A stretch of DNA of 64,000 bases from Escherichia phage vB_EcoM_Goslar. A program made the position numbers and the translations under genes. Under the pieces are notes generated by a model, which made no database searches, had not been told where the DNA came from, and saw only the letters and a program-made list of their open reading frames with translations. Each line of letters opens with the position of its first letter. Within the stretch, counting starts at the first letter, position 1. Location: sequence record NC_048170.1; one strand, written 5' to 3'. Shown here one piece after another: positions 49,191 through 59,052 of this stretch.

Positions 49191-49712
49191 TTATTTAAAA
49201 ATGTATTCGTATCCGAAGGTCGTCGCCGACCAGACCCGGATAGATGATAGTGTTCCGCCACGATAAAACGTTTTTGTGAATTCCATATCCTGGGCAACAC
49301 GATAATAAACACGTCCGATAATACGCACGATAAGGTTTCGTGATAACGATCTCTCCTCGCAGTATTCATCGATAAAGTCATCGTCGATATCCGATAAGAC
49401 AACATCCGCAATTTCTTGCAGTAGGTTCCTCATCAGCATCTGCCTTCCTTCGGTACCCCACCCAGACAAACAGTAATCGTCTTCTGCCTGACTATAGATG
49501 TCGTTAACCGCCTGTTCGAGCAGTTGCTCAAGATAGTAGTCATCGCGTTTTATAACGTGGCGACGGCGCTCAGTGGCGTATTTTTCCATCCTGTGTTTCT
49601 CTTGTTCGGCGTATGTATTAACGACGCCACAGTCTTTTCTGGATCGTCCCACAATGCACGACGAAAACTGGATACTACCATAACGGTAGGATAGATTTGT
49701 ACAACCTCCCAT
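49191..49712 (-). CDS. hypothetical protein (start uncertain)
   Basis: 173-aa ORF; overlaps the next ORF by about 160 nt, so the true start is probably internal. Confidence 0.4.
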   Translation of the reverse strand: MGGCTNLSYRYGSIQFSSCIVGRSRKDCGVVNTYAEQEKHRMEKYATERRRHVIKRDDYYLEQLLEQAVNDIYSQAEDDYCLSGWGTEGRQMLMRNLLQEIADVVLSDIDDDFIDEYCEERSLSRNLIVRIIGRVYYRVAQDMEFTKTFYRGGTLSSIRVWSATTFGYEYIFK

Positions 49713-50038
49713 CCGTAACGATGTGCGTTAGTCGTACGTCCGACATTGAACAGACATAGCTGATTTAAGAAACAGAGCTGCATCTTCGTAAACAACACCA
49801 TGTCTTCACGTTTAACGTATCCGAGGATATACGCATTCTCGAACGCCTCGCGTGACAAGACGGGACGATTAAGATACCGCAACGACAGTACCAACAACGT
49901 TGTTATGCGCAACGGATCTTCTGGGTCATTCATGGTGCTCAGCTCTGCTTGTAACCAGTCAGGGATAGTAACCGTCAGACGATAGGTATCTGTTCCACGA
50001 TCAACCACATTCAATGTTGAAAAAGGCAACATATCCAT
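49550..50038 (-). CDS. hypothetical protein
   Basis: 162-aa ORF. Confidence 0.4.
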   Translation of the reverse strand: MDMLPFSTLNVVDRGTDTYRLTVTIPDWLQAELSTMNDPEDPLRITTLLVLSLRYLNRPVLSREAFENAYILGYVKREDMVLFTKMQLCFLNQLCLFNVGRTTNAHRYGWEVVQIYPTVMVVSSFRRALWDDPEKTVASLIHTPNKRNTGWKNTPLSAVATL

Positions 50039-50576
50039 GAATTCCTTCTAGCTCGAGGTTGTTCTCGCCGGTCTTCGGTAATAACCCACTGGCCGTTAAC
50101 ATCTGCGTCATCGAGTAGTCAAAGCACGGAAATATCAGGTTAACGGTTTCCTGGATCGCGTCAACATAACTATAAATGGCTTCATAATACTCACCGTCAT
50201 GATCTACGCTAACCAGTTCCTGACACAGTTCTTCGCTTATCATTTCATATACCGGTGGATACCACGATTGAAATGGTCGCTGCATACGTAACGACCAATA
50301 CTCGTACGTCGTATACTGAAGCACGTCATAAGCCGATACGTTAATGCGGTCGAAGAAAGCATACTTGTCCATATGCTGATACAACATCGCCAGCACGGTT
50401 TCCAAGCACACCGATATCCGCACGCCGTCATCTTTCCCGTTAAGAAAATTAGGTTTCTGCCGATAACGCACAAATGCCGACGGCTTTGATTGCATTATTC
50501 CACCACCAACCATAACGTCATACTCGTATCTAACGTAAAATTGAAATGCCACCAATCTTCTACACGTGGAATCCAC
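50001..50576 (-). CDS. hypothetical protein
   Basis: 191-aa ORF. Confidence 0.4.
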   Translation of the reverse strand: MDSTCRRLVAFQFYVRYEYDVMVGGGIMQSKPSAFVRYRQKPNFLNGKDDGVRISVCLETVLAMLYQHMDKYAFFDRINVSAYDVLQYTTYEYWSLRMQRPFQSWYPPVYEMISEELCQELVSVDHDGEYYEAIYSYVDAIQETVNLIFPCFDYSMTQMLTASGLLPKTGENNLELEGIHGYVAFFNIECG

Positions 50577-51046
50577 GTACGAAGGATTTGGTTAACTTCG
50601 CTTCGCATCACCGATAAACGACAACGAAAATCGAACTTCTCATCATGACCGTAGTCTTCATGCATGAAAACTTCATCCAAAACGAACTCAAGTTGCATGT
50701 CGACATCACGGCCAGAGATATTCCGTTTGTACAAATACAACTCAATCGTGTCGTAAAGCAACGTATGAATATCATAATTTCCGTTCGGTGAGAAATAAGG
50801 TAATCGCTCATCGAGCATCGAAAACAGATATTCACTGTAGTTTAATAACGGGATGATGTACCGACGCCCTGTCTGTGGTGTGCGAATATGTATCGAAACC
50901 TGACTTGGGCGCGGAATAACCGACGGCTTAGAATCGTCTCTCTGAAATTGCTCTAAAGATCGCAACAAAGGTGGCCGCATTGTAACTCTCCAACGCCCAA
51001 TTGTAAGGCCCTTCCAACATGTGTTCCCATACGTGAATAAACTCAC
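50495..51046 (-). CDS. hypothetical protein (start probably internal, near MRPPLL at about 50980)
   Basis: 183-aa ORF. Confidence 0.4.
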   Translation of the reverse strand: MSLFTYGNTCWKGLTIGRWRVTMRPPLLRSLEQFQRDDSKPSVIPRPSQVSIHIRTPQTGRRYIIPLLNYSEYLFSMLDERLPYFSPNGNYDIHTLLYDTIELYLYKRNISGRDVDMQLEFVLDEVFMHEDYGHDEKFDFRCRLSVMRSEVNQILRTWIPRVEDWWHFNFTLDTSMTLWLVVE

Positions 51047-51557
51047 TACCGAAGACAGGCTCTAGTGCCATAGTGAGATTCGTAAGTTCTGACGCGGCCG
51101 CATGGTAAGCATCAACATGTCTTTCCATTGACGGATCGTCTTCATTGAAAATACGTTCTGTATCGCCAGCGCGCTCAATAAGTTCGGTAATGAGATCTGT
51201 CCATGTCTCGTGACACGTCATCATTTCCTGTTCTCGACTTAGTATGCCGATGTCTGCGTGGACGCTGGACTCGAACCGGTCTAAAAGGACCCGAAGAACG
51301 TGCACCTTGTCGATGTATTTCACCGTTATCCAGGAAAGCGGTTGCCACCGACTCAGCATCCATCCGGTACTCGGGAACCCCAAACTCATATAGTACGGGT
51401 TGCACCGGACCGAAGACGGAGCGACGTTGTTTAAATCGCTCCTTAAGGGCAAGGCCTTGTTTAATATAAACGGGTTCATTGGCGAGCTGTTCCGCTTTTC
51501 GTTTTGCGTGAGCCAATCGAAGTTCTTCCAATTGCCCAAGCCATTCAAATTGTTCAT
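50928..51557 (-). CDS. hypothetical protein (start uncertain)
   Basis: 209-aa ORF overlapping its upstream neighbour by about 380 nt in another frame. Confidence 0.35.
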   Translation of the reverse strand: MNNLNGLGNWKNFDWLTQNEKRNSSPMNPFILNKALPLRSDLNNVAPSSVRCNPYYMSLGFPSTGWMLSRWQPLSWITVKYIDKVHVLRVLLDRFESSVHADIGILSREQEMMTCHETWTDLITELIERAGDTERIFNEDDPSMERHVDAYHAAASELTNLTMALEPVFGSEFIHVWEHMLEGPYNWALESYNAATFVAIFRAISERRF

Positions 51558-52152
51558 CTGTTAGCTCCTGGGGACGTTCAACAATCGCGCCAGATGGGCA
51601 GACATTGATCGTGATGTTAATTGACGGCATCGCCATCACTCGAGGATTACTATTACGTACGCGGACAACGTGTTCGGTTGCTGATTTACGATCGACGCAA
51701 TACTCTGTTTCTTGGAACTCAAATGCTTTTAACGGTGTTGGTTTTGTTTGACGTTTAGGAACGCGGCCAAGATCGACAATATAGGCATAATCGCACACAC
51801 GTTCTATTCCGTAAATACGGTTATCCGACCAGTTCTTACCAAACAGCTTGTTGTGATGATAAGACAAATATTCGGTTACCATACCCTGGACAACATCGAA
51901 GTCTTCTCGAAATTCAGGTTGGTACCAAATCGGGCCGAGAATATCTGCGAACGATTCATGACGATATCGAGGATCATGTCGAGTCCAGGTCATTCTCTGA
52001 TTAAGATCGAAATCCACCAACAACTCGGTTAATTGCAATTTTTCCTTCGGAGAAAGCTGGCGTTGATGATGCAAACTCAGGCAATCGATAAGCGGTAATG
52101 AAACCCACGATGCTAATGTGTACAAATCGATCCTGGCTAATCTCTTGGTCAT
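51175..52152 (-). CDS. hypothetical protein
   Basis: 325-aa ORF; C-terminal about 40 residues Arg/Ser-rich and overlapping the next ORF. Confidence 0.4.
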   Translation of the reverse strand: MTKRLARIDLYTLASWVSLPLIDCLSLHHQRQLSPKEKLQLTELLVDFDLNQRMTWTRHDPRYRHESFADILGPIWYQPEFREDFDVVQGMVTEYLSYHHNKLFGKNWSDNRIYGIERVCDYAYIVDLGRVPKRQTKPTPLKAFEFQETEYCVDRKSATEHVVRVRNSNPRVMAMPSINITINVCPSGAIVERPQELTDEQFEWLGQLEELRLAHAKRKAEQLANEPVYIKQGLALKERFKQRRSVFGPVQPVLYEFGVPEYRMDAESVATAFLDNGEIHRQGARSSGPFRPVRVQRPRRHRHTKSRTGNDDVSRDMDRSHYRTY

Positions 52153-52243
52153 ACTCTTTTCCTAAGTCCCCATTGTTTATACACACGATATCTGGGAATA
52201 GTTAAAATATACGGCGTAAAACGAAGCAGGAGAGTTTCTGACG

Positions 52244-52564
52244 TCATTTTCTCCCTCTTCGAATACCACCGATACCTCTTTCGTCTAAGACGTCCCAAGC
52301 ACGCTTTATTTCATCCTCCGTTGCTCTGGTATCTGGAGGGACAACCATAACACAGTCGTGGAATGGCCAATGTGTAGGTCTGGGGTTAGCGAACAAATCA
52401 TCCCATTCAAATGTCCATTCTTTCTTTGAGCGATTGTAGTAGAGCGTAAGGTACGTGTTGGTATACGCCGGATAACCACGCATAACTTCAATATCCTTAC
52501 GATCTTGCCGTTCCTGATTCCAATCGTTAAACCGCTTTCTTATTTTCTCCCACCACTTTCCCAT
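52244..52564 (-). CDS. hypothetical protein
   Basis: 106-aa ORF. Confidence 0.4.
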   Translation of the reverse strand: MGKWWEKIRKRFNDWNQERQDRKDIEVMRGYPAYTNTYLTLYYNRSKKEWTFEWDDLFANPRPTHWPFHDCVMVVPPDTRATEDEIKRAWDVLDERGIGGIRRGRK

Positions 52565-52617
52565 GCTTTCTCCTACACGGCATAAAAGCCTGCCCCGAAG
52601 GACAGGCTCGATAGAAC

Positions 52618-52818
52618 TTAATAACCATCCAATTTCAATGAAGGATGGTTGACGATATGTGCGTGTTTTGCTGGGTCATATAGCTGATATGGAAAATAGC
52701 CATGCCATTGACGGCCTTGGCATTTCGTACACAGGAACTGACCAACACCTTGTCGATTCTCGTAAGCGAGTTCGGTACTATCAACATGTCCGCAACGTTC
52801 GCAGATAAACAGCGACAT
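52618..52818 (-). CDS. hypothetical zinc-ribbon protein
   Basis: CERCGH...CTKCQG cysteine pairs. Confidence 0.4.
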   Translation of the reverse strand: MSLFICERCGHVDSTELAYENRQGVGQFLCTKCQGRQWHGYFPYQLYDPAKHAHIVNHPSLKLDGY

Positions 52819-52855
52819 AGCGCATCCCCATTCACTTGAACCTTTTGGTTCGGCA

Positions 52856-53836
52856 TTAGAAAAGCAAGAAACCGCTATTCTTCGCTTCCGCTACAGTTTC
52901 GTCACCAACTTTCGGTGCTTGTTGACGTGCGTTACGATGTTCGATGTAACGTTTCGCTTCGTCAGCGATTTGTTTGATAATACCCCCTAAACGATCGGTA
53001 CTTAAAACAAACGACGTCGCTTCACGAATCGGGCTGCTTTCAGGCACAAAACCATCACAGCTATAAATAGCGCTAACACCCATGACTTTTGTCGCGTCTT
53101 TCGGATAAAGCGTACAGAAAGCAATCGGGCTATCGTTCTCTTTCGTCCATTCGTATCCCATGAACGTATTCAGTTCGGTGATCGTCGGTTCCAAACCGGT
53201 AACACGTGGATGGTTTAAGAAGTTTTCCAGGTCGGCGCTGTCAAGACGACGGTTCTCGCCAGAAAACAGAACACAAAGCTGGCTAATAACAACCTGCACG
53301 TCCAGGTTGACATCCTGCTCCGATTTCCCATTTTCGCCATTCATGTGATAGCTAACAATCACTGGACGTTTCAACCCTTCTGCAGCCGCCATCAGTCCTT
53401 TGAAGGTGCGATCGGCGTTGATCGTCTGGCGCTCATCATCGAACGAGGCAACGATACAACACACCACACGTTCACCGCGTTCCAGCAGGTTAGCAACCAA
53501 CGCAGGACCGGCAACAGAACCTGAACCACCGCTCAAACTAAAGACCACGATATTAAATTTACCTGGCGTATGCTTATTGAGAATACCTGGGATTTGTGAA
53601 CAGATCAGTTCAGCGTTCTCATCACGCTTCTTACCAGAACCGTCTAACTCACGACCAGCTGCATCTTTAAAGATGTAAATATGATCGTCGCCCAGTGTGC
53701 TATCGCGTAGGTTAGCGCGGCTGGTATCAACATACGTCATGCTGTGTAATCCTTTCGCGACTTCGCCTTCAAATGCTGAGCCGATTTCGCCACCACAACC
53801 ACCGACAGCCCAAATATGTACTTGGTTCTCTTGCAT
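52856..53836 (-). CDS. phuZ: tubulin/FtsZ-like GTPase, PhuZ-like
   Basis: N-terminal VHIWAVGGCGGEIG (FtsZ GVGGGGxN-like) and FSLSGGSGSVAGPALV (tubulin signature GGGTGSG-like); about 326 aa with an acidic C-terminal tail. Confidence 0.65.
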   Translation of the reverse strand: MQENQVHIWAVGGCGGEIGSAFEGEVAKGLHSMTYVDTSRANLRDSTLGDDHIYIFKDAAGRELDGSGKKRDENAELICSQIPGILNKHTPGKFNIVVFSLSGGSGSVAGPALVANLLERGERVVCCIVASFDDERQTINADRTFKGLMAAAEGLKRPVIVSYHMNGENGKSEQDVNLDVQVVISQLCVLFSGENRRLDSADLENFLNHPRVTGLEPTITELNTFMGYEWTKENDSPIAFCTLYPKDATKVMGVSAIYSCDGFVPESSPIREATSFVLSTDRLGGIIKQIADEAKRYIEHRNARQQAPKVGDETVAEAKNSGFLLF

Positions 53837-53900
53837 GTGAACTCCTAATTTAATATGTATTTAACGCACAATGAATCTTTCTTTGCTAAAGGGGTGACCC

Positions 53901-54743
53901 ATGGGTGCTATTGACTACAGTGTAGATCGTATCTGTCGTACAATACCGGCAGACATCCTACAGTATTGCTATATCGATCGCTACGACTGGCGTAATCGCT
54001 ATCCTCGTTCCGTAGAAGACATCATTACCGATTGGGTAATCCGTAAACGGGTTATCGGCGACATCGATATCTACGGGGGACTACAAACCGTTATTCCCCT
54101 TGATGATGCCGGTGTCACTATCGAAGAAGTCACCATCAACTGTTATGTTTTCCACATTCCGTTGGAAGCCACGCAGGGACGTTATATCACGTCTGCATTA
54201 TCCATTATCTCAGGGAGCGTGAACAACTACGGAATAAACTATAACGGGCAATGGGGCGCTTTCAACCAAACCCAATTTCAACGTCAGCTTTGTGGGTGGA
54301 ACCCCGCAAGCAACACGTTACAGCAAGGGATGAACGCGTTCGGTCCCATGAACGTTCTTAGTACAGCCAACGTTGATATCATCGCACCTAACACCATCAT
54401 GGTGAACAACGTCACGCCGGTACAATTTCCCCTGAGCCTACGCTGTTTCCTTGCCCACGATCCGGAACTTACCAACCTCAGCATGGAGGTTTGGAACGAC
54501 TTCTACAAACTCTGTTTATACGCCACACAAAGTGACATCTACAACAGAACCGTTATCCGTCTCGATAGAGGTGTTACAGCACAAGGACAAGAAGTCGGTG
54601 CATTCAAGGAATACATCGATCGCTTTGCCGATGCTGAAAACACATATCAGGAATTCCTGAACGAAACGTGGGCTGGCGTTGCTGCCTGGAACGATCCACA
54701 AACTAAACGTCGCGCCATTCGACTACAAACCGGTTACTTCTGA
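53901..54743 (+). CDS. hypothetical protein
   Basis: 280-aa plus-strand ORF followed by hairpin plus T tract. Confidence 0.45.
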   Translation: MGAIDYSVDRICRTIPADILQYCYIDRYDWRNRYPRSVEDIITDWVIRKRVIGDIDIYGGLQTVIPLDDAGVTIEEVTINCYVFHIPLEATQGRYITSALSIISGSVNNYGINYNGQWGAFNQTQFQRQLCGWNPASNTLQQGMNAFGPMNVLSTANVDIIAPNTIMVNNVTPVQFPLSLRCFLAHDPELTNLSMEVWNDFYKLCLYATQSDIYNRTVIRLDRGVTAQGQEVGAFKEYIDRFADAENTYQEFLNETWAGVAAWNDPQTKRRAIRLQTGYF

Positions 54744-55351
54744 TTAACGACAGCTTCCTCCCTCGGCGTTTTCGAGGGAGGTATTTGCCGTTTGAACACT
54801 TTCAGCATGTTCGCAAAATCAGCAGCAATAATACAGGCCGAGCTTGATAGCTTATTGCTGAAAATGAGATCGTCCGGTAAACAATCGAACTGAATACCGT
54901 ATTGCGTCTTTGTCTCATCAACGATCAATGATGGTGTCGATCTTGTCTTCGCGATGTCGGTGATATACAAACGTAAAAATAATTCACCGTCTTCGCTATC
55001 CATAAAACGATAAGCGTTACCAGAAAACGCAGCATGCGGCGTAACGATAAATTGAACACGATCGTCGGTCGGATGGATATTTAACCAACGTTCGATATCA
55101 TTACTACTCACATTTCGCATATTTACTACGGTAAAAGCAAATAGCGTATCGTGATGTTTGGAATAATGCAGCACATACGCCGCATCTTTCTTTCCGTGAA
55201 TCCCTTCAATGTATTCTATTGTCGTATAGCCGGATTTATATAGCTTTACTTGCGGTTTATCACTCATCATAACAACCCTTCCCGTTTCATCGCGGCACGC
55301 ATACTTGCGTAAAGCGCATTCTTCATTGCACCCGGACGCAACGGATAACAA
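54734..55351 (-). CDS. hypothetical protein
   Basis: 205-aa ORF. Confidence 0.4.
   Translation of the reverse strand: MLSVASGCNEECALRKYACRDETGRVVMMSDKPQVKLYKSGYTTIEYIEGIHGKKDAAYVLHYSKHHDTLFAFTVVNMRNVSSNDIERWLNIHPTDDRVQFIVTPHAAFSGNAYRFMDSEDGELFLRLYITDIAKTRSTPSLIVDETKTQYGIQFDCLPDDLIFSNKLSSSACIIAADFANMLKVFKRQIPPSKTPREEAVVNQK
54758..54781 (+). terminator. hairpin terminator of the plus-strand gene
   Basis: 9-bp stem cctccctcg/cgagggagg followed by TATTTG; overlaps the last codons of the convergent minus ORF. Confidence 0.45.
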
Positions 55352-55566
55352 ATCTCATATCGACGTCCTTGTTTTACAGCAATTTTCCTTCCGTTCAGAA
55401 ACAACGTGCCGTTATCCAGCAACAACTCACCTTGTAGTACCATGAGTCCTGCTTTAACATGACGTCCTTCTTCTTTAGTTAAGACCTTATAGCCGTGTTT
55501 ATCCAATAACCACAATTCGTAGATACCGTGCGCAGCCTTCGGCATTACTTTCTTCTTCGTCGTCAT
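55267..55566 (-). CDS. hypothetical protein
   Basis: 99-aa ORF. Confidence 0.35.
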   Translation of the reverse strand: MTTKKKVMPKAAHGIYELWLLDKHGYKVLTKEEGRHVKAGLMVLQGELLLDNGTLFLNGRKIAVKQGRRYEICYPLRPGAMKNALYASMRAAMKREGLL

Positions 55567-55578
55567 GGAAGATCCTCC

Positions 55579-55953
55579 TTAAACTCCTTGTCGGATCATC
55601 ACCAACCGGAGCATGTTGTATTCCAATGTAGCGCTTTCTAATTCGAATTCATATCGATACCAGAAATTCGGCTCTAATTGACCTACAACACATTTACGAA
55701 CATCTGTCTGCACCTTCCTCGACAACACCTGTAACAGTTGTGTTATCTCCGGCTTGAAGTAATACGCCAAACCTAACTGATCAGAATAAAACAGGCCACA
55801 ATCAAAGATGGCCTGTAAAATAACATATTCAACCATCAGGTGACGCGCATCGGGGTCAGGGAATGGCGAACGTAAAGCGAGGTCTAACACATCGACAATT
55901 GGGCCGACATAAATGGCGGCACGGTACTCACGAATAACACTGATGTTATCCAT
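55579..55953 (-). CDS. hypothetical protein
   Basis: 124-aa ORF. Confidence 0.4.
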   Translation of the reverse strand: MDNISVIREYRAAIYVGPIVDVLDLALRSPFPDPDARHLMVEYVILQAIFDCGLFYSDQLGLAYYFKPEITQLLQVLSRKVQTDVRKCVVGQLEPNFWYRYEFELESATLEYNMLRLVMIRQGV

Positions 55954-55966
55954 GATAACCTATTCG

Positions 55967-56791
55967 TTAACTGTCGCTTTCTGATGTATCGACGTAGTTG
56001 AAAATACGATCCCGTAAACACTCGTAACGAGGCAACGCACTAAGAATGATCATCTTCAGCTGCATCGCGATCGATACACGTTCTTCATCCGACGCATCGT
56101 CTCCCCATTTACCCGGCTTAACCTGAATGGGTTCGTGCGGATCCTGCGGGAATATAAAACTTAACAACAGATAATCCGTACGGAACTCCCATACTTCTCG
56201 ACCGTCGTTATCGGTTTCTTTACGCAACGTGAAGAGTTGGCGTTCGGTGGTTGGATCCAGCATCAGCGGTCGGCCACGAACAATCTCCAGTTTACGTGGG
56301 CTGACGAACGTCGTACGTTCAGGAAGGTATTTTTCAACATCATCCGTATCCAACAAGAACAAAATGATATCGTCGAAATACTTCGGTGCGTACGTGTGTA
56401 TCGGTTCGCCGTCGCTATACGAAGAGATCTCTTGAAGTATTGGTGTCTTACACGAAAAGTTCTGGCACGAACCACGGGTTATCGGTAAGGTGGTCCATTG
56501 ATGTTCTGTAGACAATTCAACAGGCACCAACGGATAATCATCGATGAAGACCACGCACGTTGTACTAATGGGTATTCTTCCATCATTACCTGGTTCAAAA
56601 ACCAAACGTATCTTACCGGTAATCAGCGCCATCTCATCTGGCATTAAATGGCTTGCTGAACGAGCAAGTCTGAAACCGCTCGCCTGTTTATAAGGTTCGG
56701 GTTTATAGCCACGGACAATAAGAGAGACATCCGCAAGTTCAACGCTCACGAATACATCTTTGGTGTCTTCATTGTTCGTCGTTAACGTCAT
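55967..56791 (-). CDS. hypothetical protein
   Basis: 274-aa ORF. Confidence 0.45.
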   Translation of the reverse strand: MTLTTNNEDTKDVFVSVELADVSLIVRGYKPEPYKQASGFRLARSASHLMPDEMALITGKIRLVFEPGNDGRIPISTTCVVFIDDYPLVPVELSTEHQWTTLPITRGSCQNFSCKTPILQEISSYSDGEPIHTYAPKYFDDIILFLLDTDDVEKYLPERTTFVSPRKLEIVRGRPLMLDPTTERQLFTLRKETDNDGREVWEFRTDYLLLSFIFPQDPHEPIQVKPGKWGDDASDEERVSIAMQLKMIILSALPRYECLRDRIFNYVDTSESDS

Positions 56792-57806
56792 TGTTCATTT
56801 TCTCCATTGCAACAAATCGTTCAAGCTCGCGTAATAAACGCTCTTTTAACGCAGTATCAACTTCCGGAGCATGTTTATCACGATACCACTCTGTCCCGTT
56901 GTATTGCAGGCTAACGTGCCATGTTCCTAACGGGCTTTCCTCTGCAGCAGCAATGAAATTCTTAACGCCGGTTTTGGTAGGATACTCCATGATAGGAACA
57001 GCCTGCTTCAGATCCATTACGGTAAGATCCTGGAAGTTATAATCCAGAAGCGTTAATGCACGTTTGTCGCGTAACAGTAACCCGCAATCTAAGATAGTGA
57101 AATCGATACCCCAAAATTGTAGCTTACCACCCGTACTGATAGGAATATGACCGCGATAGACCGCGAGATAGATCTCCCCTTTATCGGTTTCTTTATTGTA
57201 TCCTGCGATGAATGCTGCGGTAATTAACGGCTGATCGCCTTTCGCAAAGAAAACAGGATGCGTACGATAAAGCCAATCATTACGAATTAAATCTGATACT
57301 TGACCTAAACGTGCCGTAGGCACCATTGTCGATCCTAAGTCACCATTACTAACTTCGAATTGGTAATATTCAAACAGAACACCGTCGACTTCTTCTTTGG
57401 CGTATGGCTCACGAGCCGGGTTAGCGAGTAGGTAACGCAACTTGCTATCGATTTCGGTTACGCGTTCCTCATGGGTATCCATACGACTAGCGACGACGAA
57501 AGCGGCCAGATTACGTACGCTAAGGAACACGTCGTCTTTCTCTTGGTCAGTTAGCCCTTCTTCATCTGCTATCGTTGTCCAATGCAGTGGTCCCTCCACC
57601 ATCTTTAACCATTTGTCTTCACGTTCTGGGTAAACAAAGGGTTTATGTACAGGAACATTGGTATGCTGAACGCGCAATAGTAACGAACAAGGGGATTGCA
57701 TTATCGACTCCCATGGCACTATACCACTCGTGACAGCGATGACGTGACGATTAAGAACAAGAGAAGCTGAATAGGTGATGTTATCTAATCCTGGTAATTG
57801 ATCCAT
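56769..57806 (-). CDS. hypothetical protein
   Basis: 345-aa ORF preceded by a 300-bp AT-rich intergenic region. Confidence 0.45.
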   Translation of the reverse strand: MDQLPGLDNITYSASLVLNRHVIAVTSGIVPWESIMQSPCSLLLRVQHTNVPVHKPFVYPEREDKWLKMVEGPLHWTTIADEEGLTDQEKDDVFLSVRNLAAFVVASRMDTHEERVTEIDSKLRYLLANPAREPYAKEEVDGVLFEYYQFEVSNGDLGSTMVPTARLGQVSDLIRNDWLYRTHPVFFAKGDQPLITAAFIAGYNKETDKGEIYLAVYRGHIPISTGGKLQFWGIDFTILDCGLLLRDKRALTLLDYNFQDLTVMDLKQAVPIMEYPTKTGVKNFIAAAEESPLGTWHVSLQYNGTEWYRDKHAPEVDTALKERLLRELERFVAMEKMNNDVNDEQ

Positions 57807-58061
57807 GATAGGAATCCTTAGTATGTTTGATATGTTGTTTAATTGACATATTAAGTTTAAAAGAGGTTATGTTTTACGTAATGTTAATAACGTATTCTTA
57901 TCTCTATTAAGTTATGTTCTATCTAAAGATAGTAAACAGATATAATGCTCCCCACCTCCCCATTCTCCCAAGTAATACTGGCCTACCGGCCCTCTCCTTT
58001 TTAAGGGAGAGAGTAAGCATTCAGTATTGCTCAAATGAATAAGCAAAACAGTATAAACTTA

Positions 58062-58085
58062 CCGTCTCGAGACAACTCGAGACGG
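58062..58085. terminator. perfect 10-bp hairpin ccgtctcgag-acaa-ctcgagacgg
   Basis: Inverted repeat read directly, downstream of minus gene 58115-58468. Confidence 0.4.
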
Positions 58086-58114
58086 CGTAGTAGTATCTGT
58101 TTATCTCTTTTATG

Positions 58115-58468
58115 CTAACAGCCTATTTCTGCATGAACCTTTAACGATTCGAATACATCTTCCTTCTTTGTCATCGTCTTGTATAAACGCGATTGAGCGA
58201 TGATCTTTATCCATTGTTGGGGATCGTGTAAATTCACATTTTCAAAACGGGGTGGGGTATTATCTCCGTCGAGTCGGATATACCCTAAGAGCAATCCTTC
58301 ATGGTCTCCTCGACGGATTTCGATATGTGGTTTGAGGAAGACACGATTGTCTGGTGGATACCAGCTTACGGTGTAGTAATGGTTTCCTGAAACAACGAAT
58401 TCGTGAACGATTTTTGTCTCATCGTCAATGACCGCATTTACGCTGGGAATCATTAATTTTTGAAGCAT
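58115..58468 (-). CDS. hypothetical protein
   Basis: 117-aa ORF. Confidence 0.4.
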   Translation of the reverse strand: MLQKLMIPSVNAVIDDETKIVHEFVVSGNHYYTVSWYPPDNRVFLKPHIEIRRGDHEGLLLGYIRLDGDNTPPRFENVNLHDPQQWIKIIAQSRLYKTMTKKEDVFESLKVHAEIGC

Positions 58469-59052
58469 GGGACATAAACCTCCATCAACATCGCATAAAG
58501 CGCACCAAGCCCATGCAGGACTTGGTTAGGTGCAAAGGTCGGAGTGTAACATACTTGTTCGGTTGGTGCTTGTTGACGTAAGTCTAACGGATCTCCGTTG
58601 ATAAGCATCTGCAGGAGATCAGCATCATCTTGCAATGTGTCTTCATCGATATACGCATCAACACAAAGCAGTCGGTGTAACTGTTCGGGTTTAATTGAAA
58701 TACCTACAACCATGCAGTTGTTGTAGGTGGCGTTGTCCAGAAAGAAGTGGATGACGCCTGCTTGAGGATCGCCACCGTAGTGAAGCCAACGCGTAAAACC
58801 AGCCGACATCATCCATAGCGGGTTGTGTTGTAACGCACTGACGACACGGGTCTCGAAATCCAAACCAAACTTCTGGAAGATTGCACCCATCTGGAAACGA
58901 TCTTCATCGAGACGGTAGCGGAATATACAGGCATCCGATCCCGTTGAGTTATCGTACACCGAAAGATACCCACGATGGATTTCCACGGTAACATTGTTAT
59001 CGTCAAGCGTAGCGCTCGCAACGCCGTTAGAAAAGGTTGGAACAAAGCTCAT
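58453..59052 (-). CDS. hypothetical protein
   Basis: 199-aa ORF. Confidence 0.45.
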   Translation of the reverse strand: MSFVPTFSNGVASATLDDNNVTVEIHRGYLSVYDNSTGSDACIFRYRLDEDRFQMGAIFQKFGLDFETRVVSALQHNPLWMMSAGFTRWLHYGGDPQAGVIHFFLDNATYNNCMVVGISIKPEQLHRLLCVDAYIDEDTLQDDADLLQMLINGDPLDLRQQAPTEQVCYTPTFAPNQVLHGLGALYAMLMEVYVPCFKN

